Part shown: positions 50,421 through 63,081 of the stretch, one piece after another | How the letters are laid out: each line of letters starts with the position of its first letter | How positions within the stretch are numbered: position 1 is the stretch's first letter | Assembly: GCF_009834535.1 (NCBI RefSeq) | Contig: NC_045714.1 | Span: forward strand, 27,962,001 to 28,026,000 | Length of the DNA stretch: 64,000 nt | Direction: 5' to 3' | Source of the DNA: Camelus ferus | Taxonomy: Eukaryota | Made by a program: the position numbers and the translations under genes | The notes under the pieces: model-generated | What the model saw: only the letters and a program-made list of their open reading frames with translations | Databases searched by the model: none | Told to the model about the DNA's origin: nothing

Positions 50421-53400
50421 CTTTGTTTTGTTGTTTTCCGAACAGACATATCTTGCTTAATTAATACTTTCGTAGCTCCACTACCATCCTTTTTTTTCCC
50501 CAACCCCAAAGGTCAAATAAAAACTTGAAAGCAACTCACAAAAATATTAATTATTTTAAACCTCAAAGACATTTTTATGTGTATAGTAAACTGAATTTCC
50601 AATGAAATCTCTTCCCTCTGAGTGTTTTCTCATCACCACAGACTGGGCCCCTGGGAGCCCTGTGTGTTTCTGACTTCACCCCCAGGCCTGGCCACCGCTG
50701 ATGGAACGATCATTTCATGTCGCTCAGCAACATGGAACTAGGGCACAGCGGGTGGTCAAGAGGGTCTCCCACCATGGCCATGCCCGTAACATGGAACCCA
50801 GGGGGCTGCATCAGAGTCTGGGAAGAACCCAGCTGATGCCCACAGAGAAGCAGACATGAGAAACTCTGCAGAGGGTCCCCTCATCCTCTGCCCAGAGTTC
50901 TGTGAACCATCCCTGTGACTGTGTAATAAATGCCAAATGGACACGACCAGTCCACCAAGCCCATGAGGCCTGCAGCCTTCCTCTCTCACACGGTCCTGGG
51001 GCTGCCGCTGGGCTTTCTCCATCCCTCCCGATGCCCAGGCCTGCTGTGCACTCCACATTCGACAAGCCAGTCCGGCCCACCCAGGCCTGGGTCAAGCAGG
51101 AAGGAAAACAAACCACCAAACATCACAGCCGCCTCTTCCTGATTTCACCTTTTAAAAAAACACTTCAACTACTTTAATCTGCTCAAGATTCTACAGCTTC
51201 AAGGGAGCGTCTCACATAACACATCTTCCAGCAGACAACTCCAATGTCTCGTCTCCTGCAATAAATTCTCAGTAAGGCAGCACCAGTTGCCTTGGTGCCA
51301 GGCATCGTGCTAGGTGCCGGGGAGGCCAAAGGCATACGCAGTCCTGAACCCTGACTACCCTGATGCTTAGAGTCAAATTTTAGAAACAGTTATTAGAATT
51401 ATTAACATAACATTAAAAAATGTGAAGGGGCTATGACTTTATTTATCCTATATTTAATCTCTCTCCATATAATAGTACCTCTACAGGTATGGAGAAGTAA
51501 ATACAAAAACATTTCACTACGTCCACATACAGAGGTCAGCTGAAAGGGGGGTTAAAGTAATATAACAAGTATCATGAAAACCAGTTAAATGTGATTTGAA
51601 TGCATTCAACTCCCCACCCTACCTACAAACTGGCTTAAGTGCAACTTTATCATTGGAAACAAACCTAGCATAAACTTCTGCCAGGAGAAAGCTATCGACT
51701 GTTTCCATCTCTCGGTGACTCTCAGCAACTTGTGGCAGAGTCCCTCCCAGGTGGAACTGAGCTTGAGATCCACTTGGCCAGGAAGGCAGTGACCACCACC
51801 TTCTCCATATGCTTGTACCCACCGCACCATCCCGAGAGGTCCTAAGCGATCTGATGCAGAGGACAGATCGGAGCTCTGGTTGTACTTGGGGTTTAAACAC
51901 ACACAGGCATATCTAGCAAAACCAGGGAGGGACGGTGGGTTGGAGACCTGGAGGCTAAATGGCAAGGAAAAAAAAACCTACAGGGGCATCAGGGCTGGGT
52001 GAGAGCTTGGAGTGGAAGAGAAGTGGGTTGTGCGCTCAGTCTGGTGGCTGTGACCTGCAGTCCTACCAAACTCTGTATTCACAAAAGACTGCAACCCTGC
52101 AGTGGGATCTGTTACCAAACCCCTGGGAACACAAACAAGGAGGATACTCTGTGGGAAGGCCAGTAACAACCACCTGGGCAGGGCAGATACCTAAGCACCT
52201 GTGAGACAACCCTGCCTCCCCTGGAACACAGAGCAGGCGGGCAGGTGGAAGGATGCTTTAATGGCGGGGAGACATGTGGGTGAGGACGAACACATCAGTA
52301 AAACCCAGGTTTTAGATTCACGTGGTGTCATTTAGTTTCACCCACTGGCCCAGGAGGCCAGGAGCCTTGTCCCTCCCTCTCTCCTTCATACTTCCCTTTG
52401 CTCCCGGCTGAGATGCCTGAGGGGTGGTGAGGTGGGGTCGGTAAGAGAGGACAGGCTCCTACCCCCAGGGCACCTCCACTCTATGGGGCAGGGCACAGAG
52501 AAGAGGTATGGAAGGCACCAATTTGTAGCACTGAGCTTTGGTGGGGGGAGTGGGGAGAGCTTTAACAAGTTTTTACAAAAAGATCTAAGATCCCACGAAG
52601 AGGCAACACCAAGGGAGAACCAATAATCCCTTAGCATGAACTGCAGCCCAGCCTGCATTTTCTACTGACAGCAGAAGATCAAAACGGACATCTTCCAGTT
52701 TTTTTCTTGCTAGTAACTATTCCTAAGGCTTGCAAGTCACAACACATTTAATCAAACATCTATTCTGCGTCTCTGCACTGCGGAGCGCACCTCTCCCCAG
52801 CCTCCAGCCACTGCTCACTCTATCTTGTGATCTCTGTCACTTGCCACAGTGGCTTCTTCGTGTTTGTGACTGTGGGTAATGGACGCTCTAACTGATACCA
52901 TTTGCTGGGCAAGCGCTTGGTCAGCTCCCAAAATGAAGCTGCTCCTTCTTGATGTCGGGGAGAGAGGGCAGGGCCGCGTGGGTTCTGGTTCCACTTTAGT
53001 CCCATGTTCACTCAGAAAATCTCAACCTCAATCTCCTCCTTTGGACGATCTGAAGGGGCTGGTCCCAATATTGGCTAAAACCACTTCCAGATTTTTTTGT
53101 TCTGAGTAGTGGTCAGACTTAAAGATAGCACCCCAAAGTACACACTCAGTATGTTTTTATGTCAACATGTTATGCAAAACTCTCTTTTTTAGAATCTTGA
53201 AATGCTCTAATAATAGATTTCATGGTTAAGTAAGATGATGTTACAACACTAAGACCTAAGGAGAGAAGGAGGAAGAGGGGGAGGGAGGGCAGGTGAAAGG
53301 GGGCAGGAGAGACACAGAGAGAGAAAGATCAGAAGATTTTTTAAAATATCACTGTATACTTATGTGCATATATCTGTACATACATACTTTTTTTAACTTA

Positions 53401-53694
53401 GTGAACACAAATAGTTTTAGTGATAGAAATGCCATTTATAAGGACAGTCATTAGGATGTGCTTTTAAAGGCAGAGAGGGGGGATTAAGTTCAGTCCAGGG
53501 CCCAGTAGGTACTCTATTCTCATAAGGAAAAGGATATAAGATGGTAATTCTTTTCTTCTTAATTATGATAAAAGTATTGTTCTACATGAAATTACTTTCC
53601 GGAAAATTAAAACTTACTCTTTTAAATATTTTGTGTTTATAAAGAACACCAGGCACAAGGCCTAGGACAAAGCTGCTGTAATAAATATCTCTGG

Positions 53695-53782
53695 ATGGAA
53701 GGAGGGAGGGAAGGAAGGAGGGAAGGGAGGAGGAGAGGAAAGAGGGAGGGAAGGAGGGGAGAGAAGAGATGAGGGAGGGAGG
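53695..53782. repeat. (GGAG/GGAA)n polypurine low-complexity tract
   Basis: Directly visible. Confidence 0.92.
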
Positions 53783-54739
53783 ATGTGCCCTAATCAAGTG
53801 ACACCTCTGTGTGATCCTGACTCCTGCAGGTATTTCTGTGGTAACATTAAATTATGTATTAAATGATGTATAATTCAGGTCTCTACTAATTATATGCTCA
53901 TTTAAAAAATAATTCCACCATCTGTTCCTCAGCTAACAGGAACTAACAGCTACAGTTCACCGTGTGCCTGGTTCTAGCATTCCCTCTGCTCCTAATTGAG
54001 AAATTTTCCACTTATTCTCGGATGTGCCCTAGAAAGTGAAACAGTCAAGCACAGCAGAGCTGTATGTAAAAGAGAAGCTGATTCAATGGTGAGCAAAGCG
54101 TTTGCCTTCAGTGGCTGTATCTGGGGATGCAGCACCACTTCTGGTCCTCTCCTGGTAGCTCCTTGGTTCCTCGAGTTATGGTCCTGATGAATAAGACTTC
54201 CCTTCTGGGTAAGGAAGCTATTCTTGTCTCAGGATTCTTAACTGCTTCTAATTCATTTTCAGTAGCCAGGAGCAGGAAAAGAAAATCCATGTTAGCTCAA
54301 GGATATTAACAAGAAACGTCATTAATCTGGGCACCAGTTTCTTCAGTTGTACGTAAAGGATCTCTGATTCCTCCAGGAAGCAGGGATCTCAGGTAGAGGA
54401 GGGGAGAGAAGGGAAGGGAACTCCTAAAAGAAGAGCATCAGGGGGTCTCTGGAAGATAGAAACCTGAGAGCAGCCAGCCTGGACTGAAAGAAGCAAAAGA
54501 GGACTCCAGGAAGGAACTCCCAGCACAAAGATGACGGAAAGACAAAGAGAAAAAATGCAATAGAAAGATTATCTGTGGGACCTGATCATGTGGAGAACTG
54601 GATTGGCAGGCACTTTAAAGACCTGCTAGGGGCTGAGGGACAACAGCCAGACCGCAAAGGACAGGGAGCAAATGCAAACAAAATTGGGGGTGGGGGTAGG
54701 AATGAACTCAAAGGAAAACAAAAATGACACAGAAAAAAA

Positions 54740-56370
54740 GAAGTATCAGAGAATACTACTCAGCTTAGCTGTAAACATTGTCATAATAATATAAAATACT
54801 GTCATAATAATGAAACACAATACAGATTTATATAAAAATGGCTCAAATTTAAATATATTGAGTTGTATCATAATACAAAAAGAAACTGCCATATAAGCAT
54901 GGTATTTAGAAATATGGAGGTTAAAAACCAGAAGAAACAGCTTAAAGAGTTTAGAGTGATCACTTCTGGGGAGTGGGAAGAGAGGATGGAGAGGGGTGGA
55001 ACAGGGAACTGTTGCTTTTCTTTCAAAGTCTATAATGTGATGCCAAGACAATTAAACAGGTGAAAGAATTTAAAAGAGAAAGACAAGAAAATATATGTTG
55101 ACACACGTAACACAGATGGTGTTGGGCCAATTGGACACCACATGTGAAAGAATGAGGTTGGACCCATTCCTCAAACCATATACAGAAATTAACTCACAAT
55201 GGATCACAGACCCAAATGTTAGAGCTCAGAAGAAAACACAGATGTAAACCTCCATGACCCTGGTTAGGCAATGATTTCTTATATATGATACCAAAAACAC
55301 AAGTGACAAAAGAATAAAGTAGACTTTACCAAAACGAAAATTTTGGTGCTCCAAAGCATAACACCAGGAAAGCGAAGAGACAATTCATGAAATGGGAGAT
55401 ATTTGCAAATCGCATACCTGATCAGAACATATAAGGAATACTTACAACAACAACAAAGAGACAAATTACTAAATTCAAAGATGCACAAGACTTCAATAGA
55501 CATTCCTCCAAAGAAGATAAACAAATGGCCAATAAGCACAGGAAAAGATGGCCAACATCACTAGCCATCAAGAAAAATGTAAATTAAAATCACACTGAGA
55601 TACCACTAGAACGGCGATAATCAGGCAGACGGACAACAGTAAGTACTGATGAGATGTGGGGAACAAGTGTACCCAAAAACTTTTACACAAATGTTCCTAG
55701 TAGTGTTGTTCATAACAGCCAAAAAGTGGAAAATAAACCAAATATTCATTAACTGATAAAGAGATAAACCAAAGATGGTATATCCACACAATGAAGCGTG
55801 ATTCAGTGGTATATCCACACAATGAAGCGTGATTCAGTGGTATATCCACACAATGGAGCGTGATTCAGTCATACAAAGGAAATATTGATACATGCTACAA
55901 CATGGATGAACCCTGAAAACAATTTGCTAAGTGAAAAAAGCCCGTCATAAAAGACTGCAAGTTGTATCCTACTTATAAAAAATGTCCAAAATTTGCAAGT
56001 TTATAAAAACAGGAAGTAGGCTAATGGTTGCCCAGGGCTAGGAGGTGGGGGGGGCGGGGGGGAAGGGGGGAGGAGTGACTGCTAATGGATATGGGGTTTC
56101 TTTTTAGGGTGATGAAAATGATCTAAAATTACATTGTGGTCAGGTGGCACAAGTCTGTGAATATACGAAAACCCACTGGAATCAGATACACTTTTCATAA
56201 GGGAATTATATGGCATGTGAATTGTATCTCAATAAAGCTGTTTTTTAAAGTCTCTAAGGCAATGGTTATTACACAGATGTAAACATCTGTCAAAACTCAT
56301 CCAACTGTACACATAAATGAGTACATTTTATTGTATATAAATTATGCCTCAAGAAAGTAGACTTTAAAAA
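54740..56370 (+). mobile_element. Cluster of old L1 fragments (about 54740-55080, 55085-56230 and 56260-56370)
   Basis: gttggacccattcctcaaaccatatacagaaattaactc, gcaatgatttcttatatatgataccaaaa, tggatgaaccctgaaaacaatttgctaagtgaaaaaagcc, gcatgtgaattgtatctcaataaagctg. Confidence 0.92.
55776..55868. repeat. Minisatellite, 3 x 31 bp
   Basis: tggtatatccacacaatgaagcgtgattcag at 55776-55806, 55807-55837 and 55838-55868 (one a>g change in the third copy). Confidence 0.97.
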
Positions 56371-56677
56371 ATATATCTAAAGCAATATATTTACTACAGT
56401 TAATTTATACATGTTACTTTCAAGCAGGAAAACATACAAACTCATGACTGCCTTTTCTTGGTGGGCACTCATCTGTGTAAGGCAGGCATCCTCTGCCTTC
56501 ATTAGAAAGGGCTGTGGTACCCATCAGAGAATGGCGGCCATCTGCCAGTGACAAGGTTCAACTTCCAGCAGTAAAGCAACGATGTCAGTTTAGTCAACAT
56601 CTTGAAGTTAGCAAGTGTGCCTTATGAGCAGAACTATTTGTTTTCCTAAATAGAACTCTTAAATATTAAAGTACTAT

Positions 56678-57197
56678 TGTTACCGAGTCCAAACTCGTTT
56701 TGCTCACTGCACGACAGGCCAATAAATCGGGAGACAAGGTGTTGAGGCAAGGAATAGCGACTTTATTTGGAGAGCTGGCAGACCGAGAAGATGGCAGACT
56801 AATATCTAGGAGAACCATCTTCCTCAAGTCAGAATTCAGGCTCCTTTTATACTAAAAAAGGGAGGGGCCGGGGTTGGTTGTTGCAAACTTCTTGGTGTAG
56901 GAAGTCTTTGTCCTTGTAGCTGTCCACATGGGTCAGGCCATGGTGTCCCTGTAAAACCTCTAACAACACAAATGTTACTTTCTATTCTGCAACTTGTAAT
57001 CTTTATGTAAGTGCATAAGTGTTAATATCCTTAAAGGTCAGAGCCTTGAGAAGAGGCTCTCTTGTCTATTTCAGGCTAAAGGCAACATTCTTTTACAAAA
57101 GGTGCAGAGCTAGCAAGACTAAGCCTAGAGAACAGGGCACAGGGTTAAAGCCGAAGGAACAGGTCTAGTATGGAGTCAGATTTGTTCTTTTCTGTCA
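56678..57197 (-). mobile_element. Solo ERV LTR (520 bp)
   Basis: TG...CA termini, AATAAA on the minus strand (gcgactttatt), flanks tactat/aactat; clearly homologous to 62523-63081. Confidence 0.9.
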
Positions 57198-57419
57198 AAC
57201 TATTTATTCTCAGTTAAAGAAATAAAATTTTCTTTGTGAAAGGGCTTAGGTATCAAATCCCTTCTTTTACAGACCTGGAAATTGCCCGGCGTCTAGAGAA
57301 GTTAAGGGATCTGCCCAGGAATGGCAGGAACACAAACTGACACAGCTGTGCCTGGACTCCCTGTGGACAAGCACCAGCTGGGGTATCCCATCCACACCCC
57401 AGAGACAGGGGTCCCATGT

Positions 57420-57610
57420 CAGCCCGCACTAGGGGCTTCTTGAATGCCAGGCACTGTGTTTGCACATCACATGCTCTCCTCATGTCAACCCTACAAAGCA
57501 GGGACTATGACCCACTCTGCCTCCCCAAGAATCAGGAGCCTGGTGGTCACAGTTAAAGAGCCGCTAGAACAGAGCCAGGAGTCCCACTCGGGCCATTCGC
57601 CCCCAGAACC
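57420..57610 (-). mobile_element. MIR
   Basis: gaatgccaggcactgtg...caaccctacaaagcagggactatgacccactctgcctcc...gagcctggtggtcacag. Confidence 0.7.
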
Positions 57611-60600
57611 TGAATGTCTAACCAATAAGACGCGCCCACTTCCATAAAGCAAACACTTCACCTGTTCATTTCTTTTAATAAATGTTAGCACTCTACTTTC
57701 CTGTACGTGGGAAGATACTCGGTGACATCATTCTGTTAGAACACTCTGTGTATCCCTACCTCACACAGAGTTCTGGCCTATGTTCATCTTCTGTGTCAAA
57801 TCTAGCCCCTCCTTTGCTTTCTGTTCTCTGATTTTCCCCTTGTCAAGCCAGACTCAGGCATGGCAGGACCCCTGGTCTTCAGCAGGGCAATAAAACCCAG
57901 CCCAGCACTGACAGGAGGAGGATGTAACAGAAGTTCAATCTTTGGGTGGCGTGTATAGAAGCAAAGAACCAGTAAAGAGATGATGGCGTGTCGTTGAGAG
58001 AAAAGCCTGGTTTAAACAATTTCATACATTCTTAGAAATGCTTGCTCAAATGTGATGTCTTAACAATTTCAAGTGATCAGGATGGACATACACAGTTCCT
58101 CCAGTGCTCACTCTCAGCTACTACTGTACCAAACACGTCAGTCTATCTGGTTTTCAGCTGCAGGTTGACCTAAAAGATAATCTTGACCTCAAAATAAATC
58201 TATTAAGTATTGTATAGATTGAAGGGAAAGAAAAGGAGGCCTCTCTGAGAAGCAGTACCATATTTGGTCTTAGGAATCTGCTGGGATGTAAAACATAGAC
58301 AAAATTATGGGCCGCCTTAGCACAAAGCTCTAACTGCCCAGACGGTTTTTGCTCTGTTAAAGGGAAAGACGGTTAAAGGCCAGTGGAGACAGCCTGAGCC
58401 ACCCTGGGGTCTTATTTGCTAATGCCAGCAAATTCCTTCTTAAAAACACGGCGGCCAACTTATTACTTGATGTTTGTTTCACGGCTGTCTTTAGTGGGGT
58501 GAGCTTGGGAGCTTCTCACTGTTAGACCCATCTTGATGGTGAAGGGCTGTTAAGCAAGACTCTGACTTATAAAACATCCCCGAACTGACGTGTGCAAACA
58601 AATACACATCTCAGAAGCATAATGTTCATTCCTGAGCGCTGCCAACGCGGGGAAGTTTCCTCCAGAGTCCATTTGGAAGCCTCACAGTCATATCTCAGTT
58701 TTGCTCAAAAACTACCTTATCTATCAACAGAGTCAATAGCCTGCCATTTTCTCTGAACCAAAAATCTCAGTCTCCCCTCCAAGATTAAAAACTTGGCAGT
58801 ATCTGTATTTTCTAACCATGAAGAGAAGGCACTATGAGGCCAGGTACTATGGTGCAGATAAAAAGAAAGCAAAGAGCAATCTCAGGGAGCTGCACAGCAA
58901 GATCAGGTGTAAGATGCTACTGCTTTTAAAATAATATTCCCTTTAAAGAATGAACTAATTGATACTCTAATACCAACCATACAAATGGACTTAAAATGAT
59001 AATAACATATACAAATATCTTACATTTTCAACTAAACAATAACAAAGTTTTCAAATTAAAAAAAAATACCATTCAAGTACAGTATTCAGTGAAGTGAAGT
59101 GGTGAGCTAGGCTTATGTCATGAATTTTATTCAGAAGACATCATTTCCTTCCAAATACTTGAGAAATATCAGTTTCCTAAGTCCTTAATTTATGCACACT
59201 ATGCACGTTATAATTGTAAGTGTTTTGACTGGATTCCACTGGAGTAAGGAGCCAAGACCATCTTCAATATGCCAAAACAAAATAACACTGGTAATTATAT
59301 TATTGGACTTGGTCCTTGTTTTAATCAGTCCTTTCTGAGCTTCTGAAAACAAATACATCATTTCAGATGCACACCTGTTTTACCAGAGAACAATTCCTTA
59401 AAAAAGGCTTCAGCGTAGAAATAAATATGAATTCAATTTAATAACACCATACATCAATCTTTGATTCTTTTTTCCTCCAAAAGTGTAGGATTTTTAAAAA
59501 TACTCCAAGAGGGGCCAAATTCGAACAGTCCACATTCTCAATCAAAAAGCAAGGTCTTGGGGCCAGAGAGACCTTGTTCTGACACTGCTCTTGCTGCTAA
59601 CCCTACTCATAATCTCTCTGCACTGTAGTGGAGGCACACTTCTCTCCAACCTAAAAAGTATTAAACTGGAAAGAAATGCACAAAGCTCTGGGTTAATACT
59701 CATTCTATTTCTATTATCCCTTTTTACATGAAAAATTATGTTCAGAACATGCTATTGTTTCTAGGCTTATAAACTTCCAACCCCTCAAAGCTGCTTCGAA
59801 GAATTTCTCTCAATTTGACGCAAGTTAAGTTGACAGTGAAGAAATACATTTTTACCACATTAAGGCTCCCGTGTGGCCCATTAAAAGTGTTCGGGATTAT
59901 TGTACAGTTATTAAATGTTTAATGCATTATACAGAGGGTGATCTTTCCGTGCTATGAGAACTTTAACTTTGGTATGCTCCAACCAGAACGCTCAAACATG
60001 AAAGCTAACTGTTTGCAGATTTTTGTGCTTGGTGCCCTAAGATCAGTTAAAATGTGGAATACAAGAGGAAAGAACTTAGCCAAGAGCTTAACAGAACAGA
60101 GAAAGAAGTTGGGGCAGGAGTCAGGCAAACAGGAAGCATCCTCTCATTTGTCCTGATGCCAAAATGAACTTAAGACAATTGTCCTGGGGCAACCCTGAGA
60201 GTCTGGGAAAGTACACCACGTATAACGCAGCTCAAAGAATACATGCTGAAAAGCAGGGGCCCGGAGACAGACCCACTGGTTCTCCACTCACCTCCCACCC
60301 CTGGGAGGAGCTCTGAAACCAAACCTACAGGCATCGCTCGTTACACTTTGAGTGAGGAGTTTGCAAAACCTCCAAAGGACTGTCCGCATTGTGGCTAGGG
60401 TCACTGCTTTGGAAACTGTACAGAAAAATACCACCCAGAAATAATAAGAGTTGATGGGAATTATTTTTAAAGATTTCCTTTTGGCACAGGTTTATCTAAA
60501 GAAGGCAACTCCCTTTGAAAATGATATACAACTTGCTGTTCACTTTAAATCACTGAGCTAGGAGTATGGGGGCCTAACCTAGAAAAGTCCAGAAATGGCG

Positions 60601-61129
60601 GCGGCGGCAGGGAGCACTCTTGACTCTGTCCCAGCCAGAAGCCACCTGCGTCCCAGGGGGATGCACATCATGATGCCAGGCAGACGCTGTGCGGCGCCCA
60701 GACTTTTTCACTCACTGCACAGAGGGGCTGTGACCAGGGACAAGCACGGCCGGGACTCTCCTATCCCGCCTGCCCTTTGGCCCAGCCGGACAAAGCCCTG
60801 AGTACGCCAGAGGCAGCTCTGATGCAAAAAGTAGCCCCATGCCCCTCTTCAAGCCCTATATGCCTCCAGGTCCAAGGATGCCTTTGGCCCATCTGGCAGC
60901 TTCTAGCCTCAAGTCCCTCCAGTGCCCTTGCCATTTCTTCCAACTAAGGGTTTGGTATGTACTTTACTCCCCTTGAAAGGTCCCACCTAACCCTCACTGA
61001 CCTCTGTGATGTTTCTACTCAAAATGGGTAAGGAGGGAGGTGATGTCTGTCATCTCTCCTGCCTGGTTCCAACCCAGTCTTGTCCTGCTTCCATCTGACT
61101 GATTTATTTGATTTCATTATTTAACACTT

Positions 61130-61350
61130 GATCATCTTAGAGCTTGGGTTCTGAGGTCAGAGGGTTCTGGTGTAAATCCAAAATCCAACCACTAGCGCTG
61201 TGACCCTGGGCAAATTTCCTAGCCTTCTGTGCCTCAGTTTACTTACTAGTAAAATGGGGATAATGATCACATTTAACTCATGGGATTAGTTAGTGTACGT
61301 TTCCTGAGATGGTCCAGATGCAGCCCTCCATACAGGGCCTAGCACACAAA
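61130..61350 (+). mobile_element. MIR
   Basis: aatccaaaatccaaccactagcgctgtgaccctgggcaaatttcctagccttctgtgcctcagtttacttactagtaaaatggggataatga. Confidence 0.85.
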
Positions 61351-62074
61351 GCACTGCAAGAAGCCGGGTGACACCTACTTGTCTGGAAAAGTCTCTGCTT
61401 CCCTCCCTGCGAGGGCCTCCTTCCACTGCCAGGCCTTCTTGGACTGGAAAAGGACAGGAACTGATGGAAAGATCACCCGAGACAGAAAAGTCCTCCTTTC
61501 CGGCAGTGACGACCTCCCCACGAGAACACGCCTCTTGCAAAAGATCTCCCTCGTCCCTCCCCTGAAGAGGAGACGAGGAAACCCAAGAAGAAATGCCTGG
61601 TGTGGAGCTCTGGTGTGGATGTGAAGTGCCCCTGACGCTATGAAATCACCACCGTCTTGAGCGGTGCACTAATAGTTCTGTGTGTTGGCTGCTCTCCTGT
61701 CCTCTGCCACCCGACGCGGGGAAAAGCAAGGCTTGCAGAAGGATGCTCCTTCAGCCGGAAGCAGCACTGAAAGCATCAAGATGTGTGGGAAGCCATCCCA
61801 GTAAACACATTTTGGATTAAAAAAAAATAGTAAGTCCTGACCGTTGTAACAAAGCAGAAGTAAAGATGGACACCAGAGTATCTGTTTGACCATAGTCTCA
61901 TTCATAACCCTAAAGTGACATGATATGAGGGTGACAACCTATGAATTTATTGACCAAGACACTTTTGAAACTGAAAGGGGGTGTGATTAACAATTATGGC
62001 AAAGTCACGAGGACTGTCCTACTCGACGCCCACTCGTAAACACGTCCTCGCCAGCAGGAAAACCCCGCTCATGC

Positions 62075-62284
62075 AGACTGTGGAGTCCAGGTCCAAACCC
62101 AGCTGTTGCCTGTTTCTGTAAAGAAACTTTTACTAGAACACAACTGTCCTCATTTGTTTACATACATTCTCTGTCCACCTTCGTCCACAAGGGCAGAGTT
62201 TAGTTGACGCAAGAGAGATTCAATGTCAGCAAAGCCTAAGTTTTTAGCATCTGGCTCTTCACAGAGTAAGTTAGCCAACCCCTG
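62075..62284 (+). mobile_element. MER58A (hAT-Charlie)
   Basis: gcctgtttctgtaaagaaacttttactagaacacaactgtcctcatttgtttacatac...gcaaagcctaagtttttagcatctggctcttcacagagtaagttagccaacccctg. Confidence 0.85.
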
Positions 62285-62522
62285 GCCTAGGCTCATGTAA
62301 CTCAGAGACGTGGCCTTCCAAGCCCACAGTCGCATGTGGGCGCTGACAAGAATACAGTAGCAAGTTACTTCTCCTAAGCACAGATTTCTATCACATGGCA
62401 ATTCCATATTTAAACTGAAACCAAAATTTATCAAAACACAGCTTCCTGATGGGCACCACATTTTCAGAGGATCCTGTCAAATGAGGAAGATACATAAAGA
62501 AGCAGGATTCTCTGGGTGTCAG

Positions 62523-63081
62523 TGTTACTGAGTCCAAACTCAGTCTACTCGCCGCCCAACAGACCAGTAAACCGGGAGACAGGGTGTTGGGGCAAGGAAT
62601 AGCGACTTTATTTGGAAAGCCGGCAGACGGAGAGGAGGGCAGACTAATTTCTTGGAGAATCATCCTGCTCCAGTCAGAATACAGGCTCCTTTTATACAAA
62701 AAACAGGGGAGGAGGTGTGGTTCATTGTTGCAAAATTCTTGCTGAAGGAATTCTTTGTTCTTGAAGCCGTCCATATGAGTCAGGCCATGATGTCCCTGTA
62801 AACCTCTGACAAAACAAAGGTTTTTCCCTATTTTGCAACTTGCCATGGCTACATAAGTGCAAAGGTTATTCTCTATTTTGCAAGTTGCCATCTCTATATA
62901 AGTGCATCCTTAAAGGTCAGAGCCCCAAGAATAGGCTCTCCTGTATATTTCAGGCTAAAGGCAACACTGTTTTTTATAAAAGGTGCAGAGCTGTCAAGAC
63001 TAAGCCTGGGAAACAGGGCACAGTGGTCAAAACTGAAGGAACAGATCCAGTACAGAGTCAGGTTTGTTCTCTATTATATCA
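62523..63081 (-). mobile_element. Solo ERV LTR (559 bp), same family as 56678-57197
   Basis: tgttactgagtccaaactc...gcaaggaatagcgactttatttgg...ttcaggctaaaggcaacac...atatca; internal 45-bp duplication. Confidence 0.9.

Noticed and set aside
52800-53030. Stop-free minus-strand frame ending at a weak gtgagc donor
   Set aside because: No acceptor or start codon at its 5' end, and no recognisable protein similarity.
55776-55868. CRISPR-like array of 31-bp repeats
   Set aside because: The units are head-to-tail with no spacers, in mammalian L1 sequence. It is a minisatellite.
49532-58660. Identical 14-mer gcggggaagtttcc at 49532-49545 and 58647-58660
   Set aside because: Several exact 14-mer matches are expected by chance in 64 kb, one copy lies in an old L1, and the flanks are unrelated.
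56678-63081. Full-length provirus bounded by two LTRs
   Set aside because: The LTRs have different flanking duplications, they are substantially diverged, and the spacer contains MIR and MER58A with no gag/pol/env.
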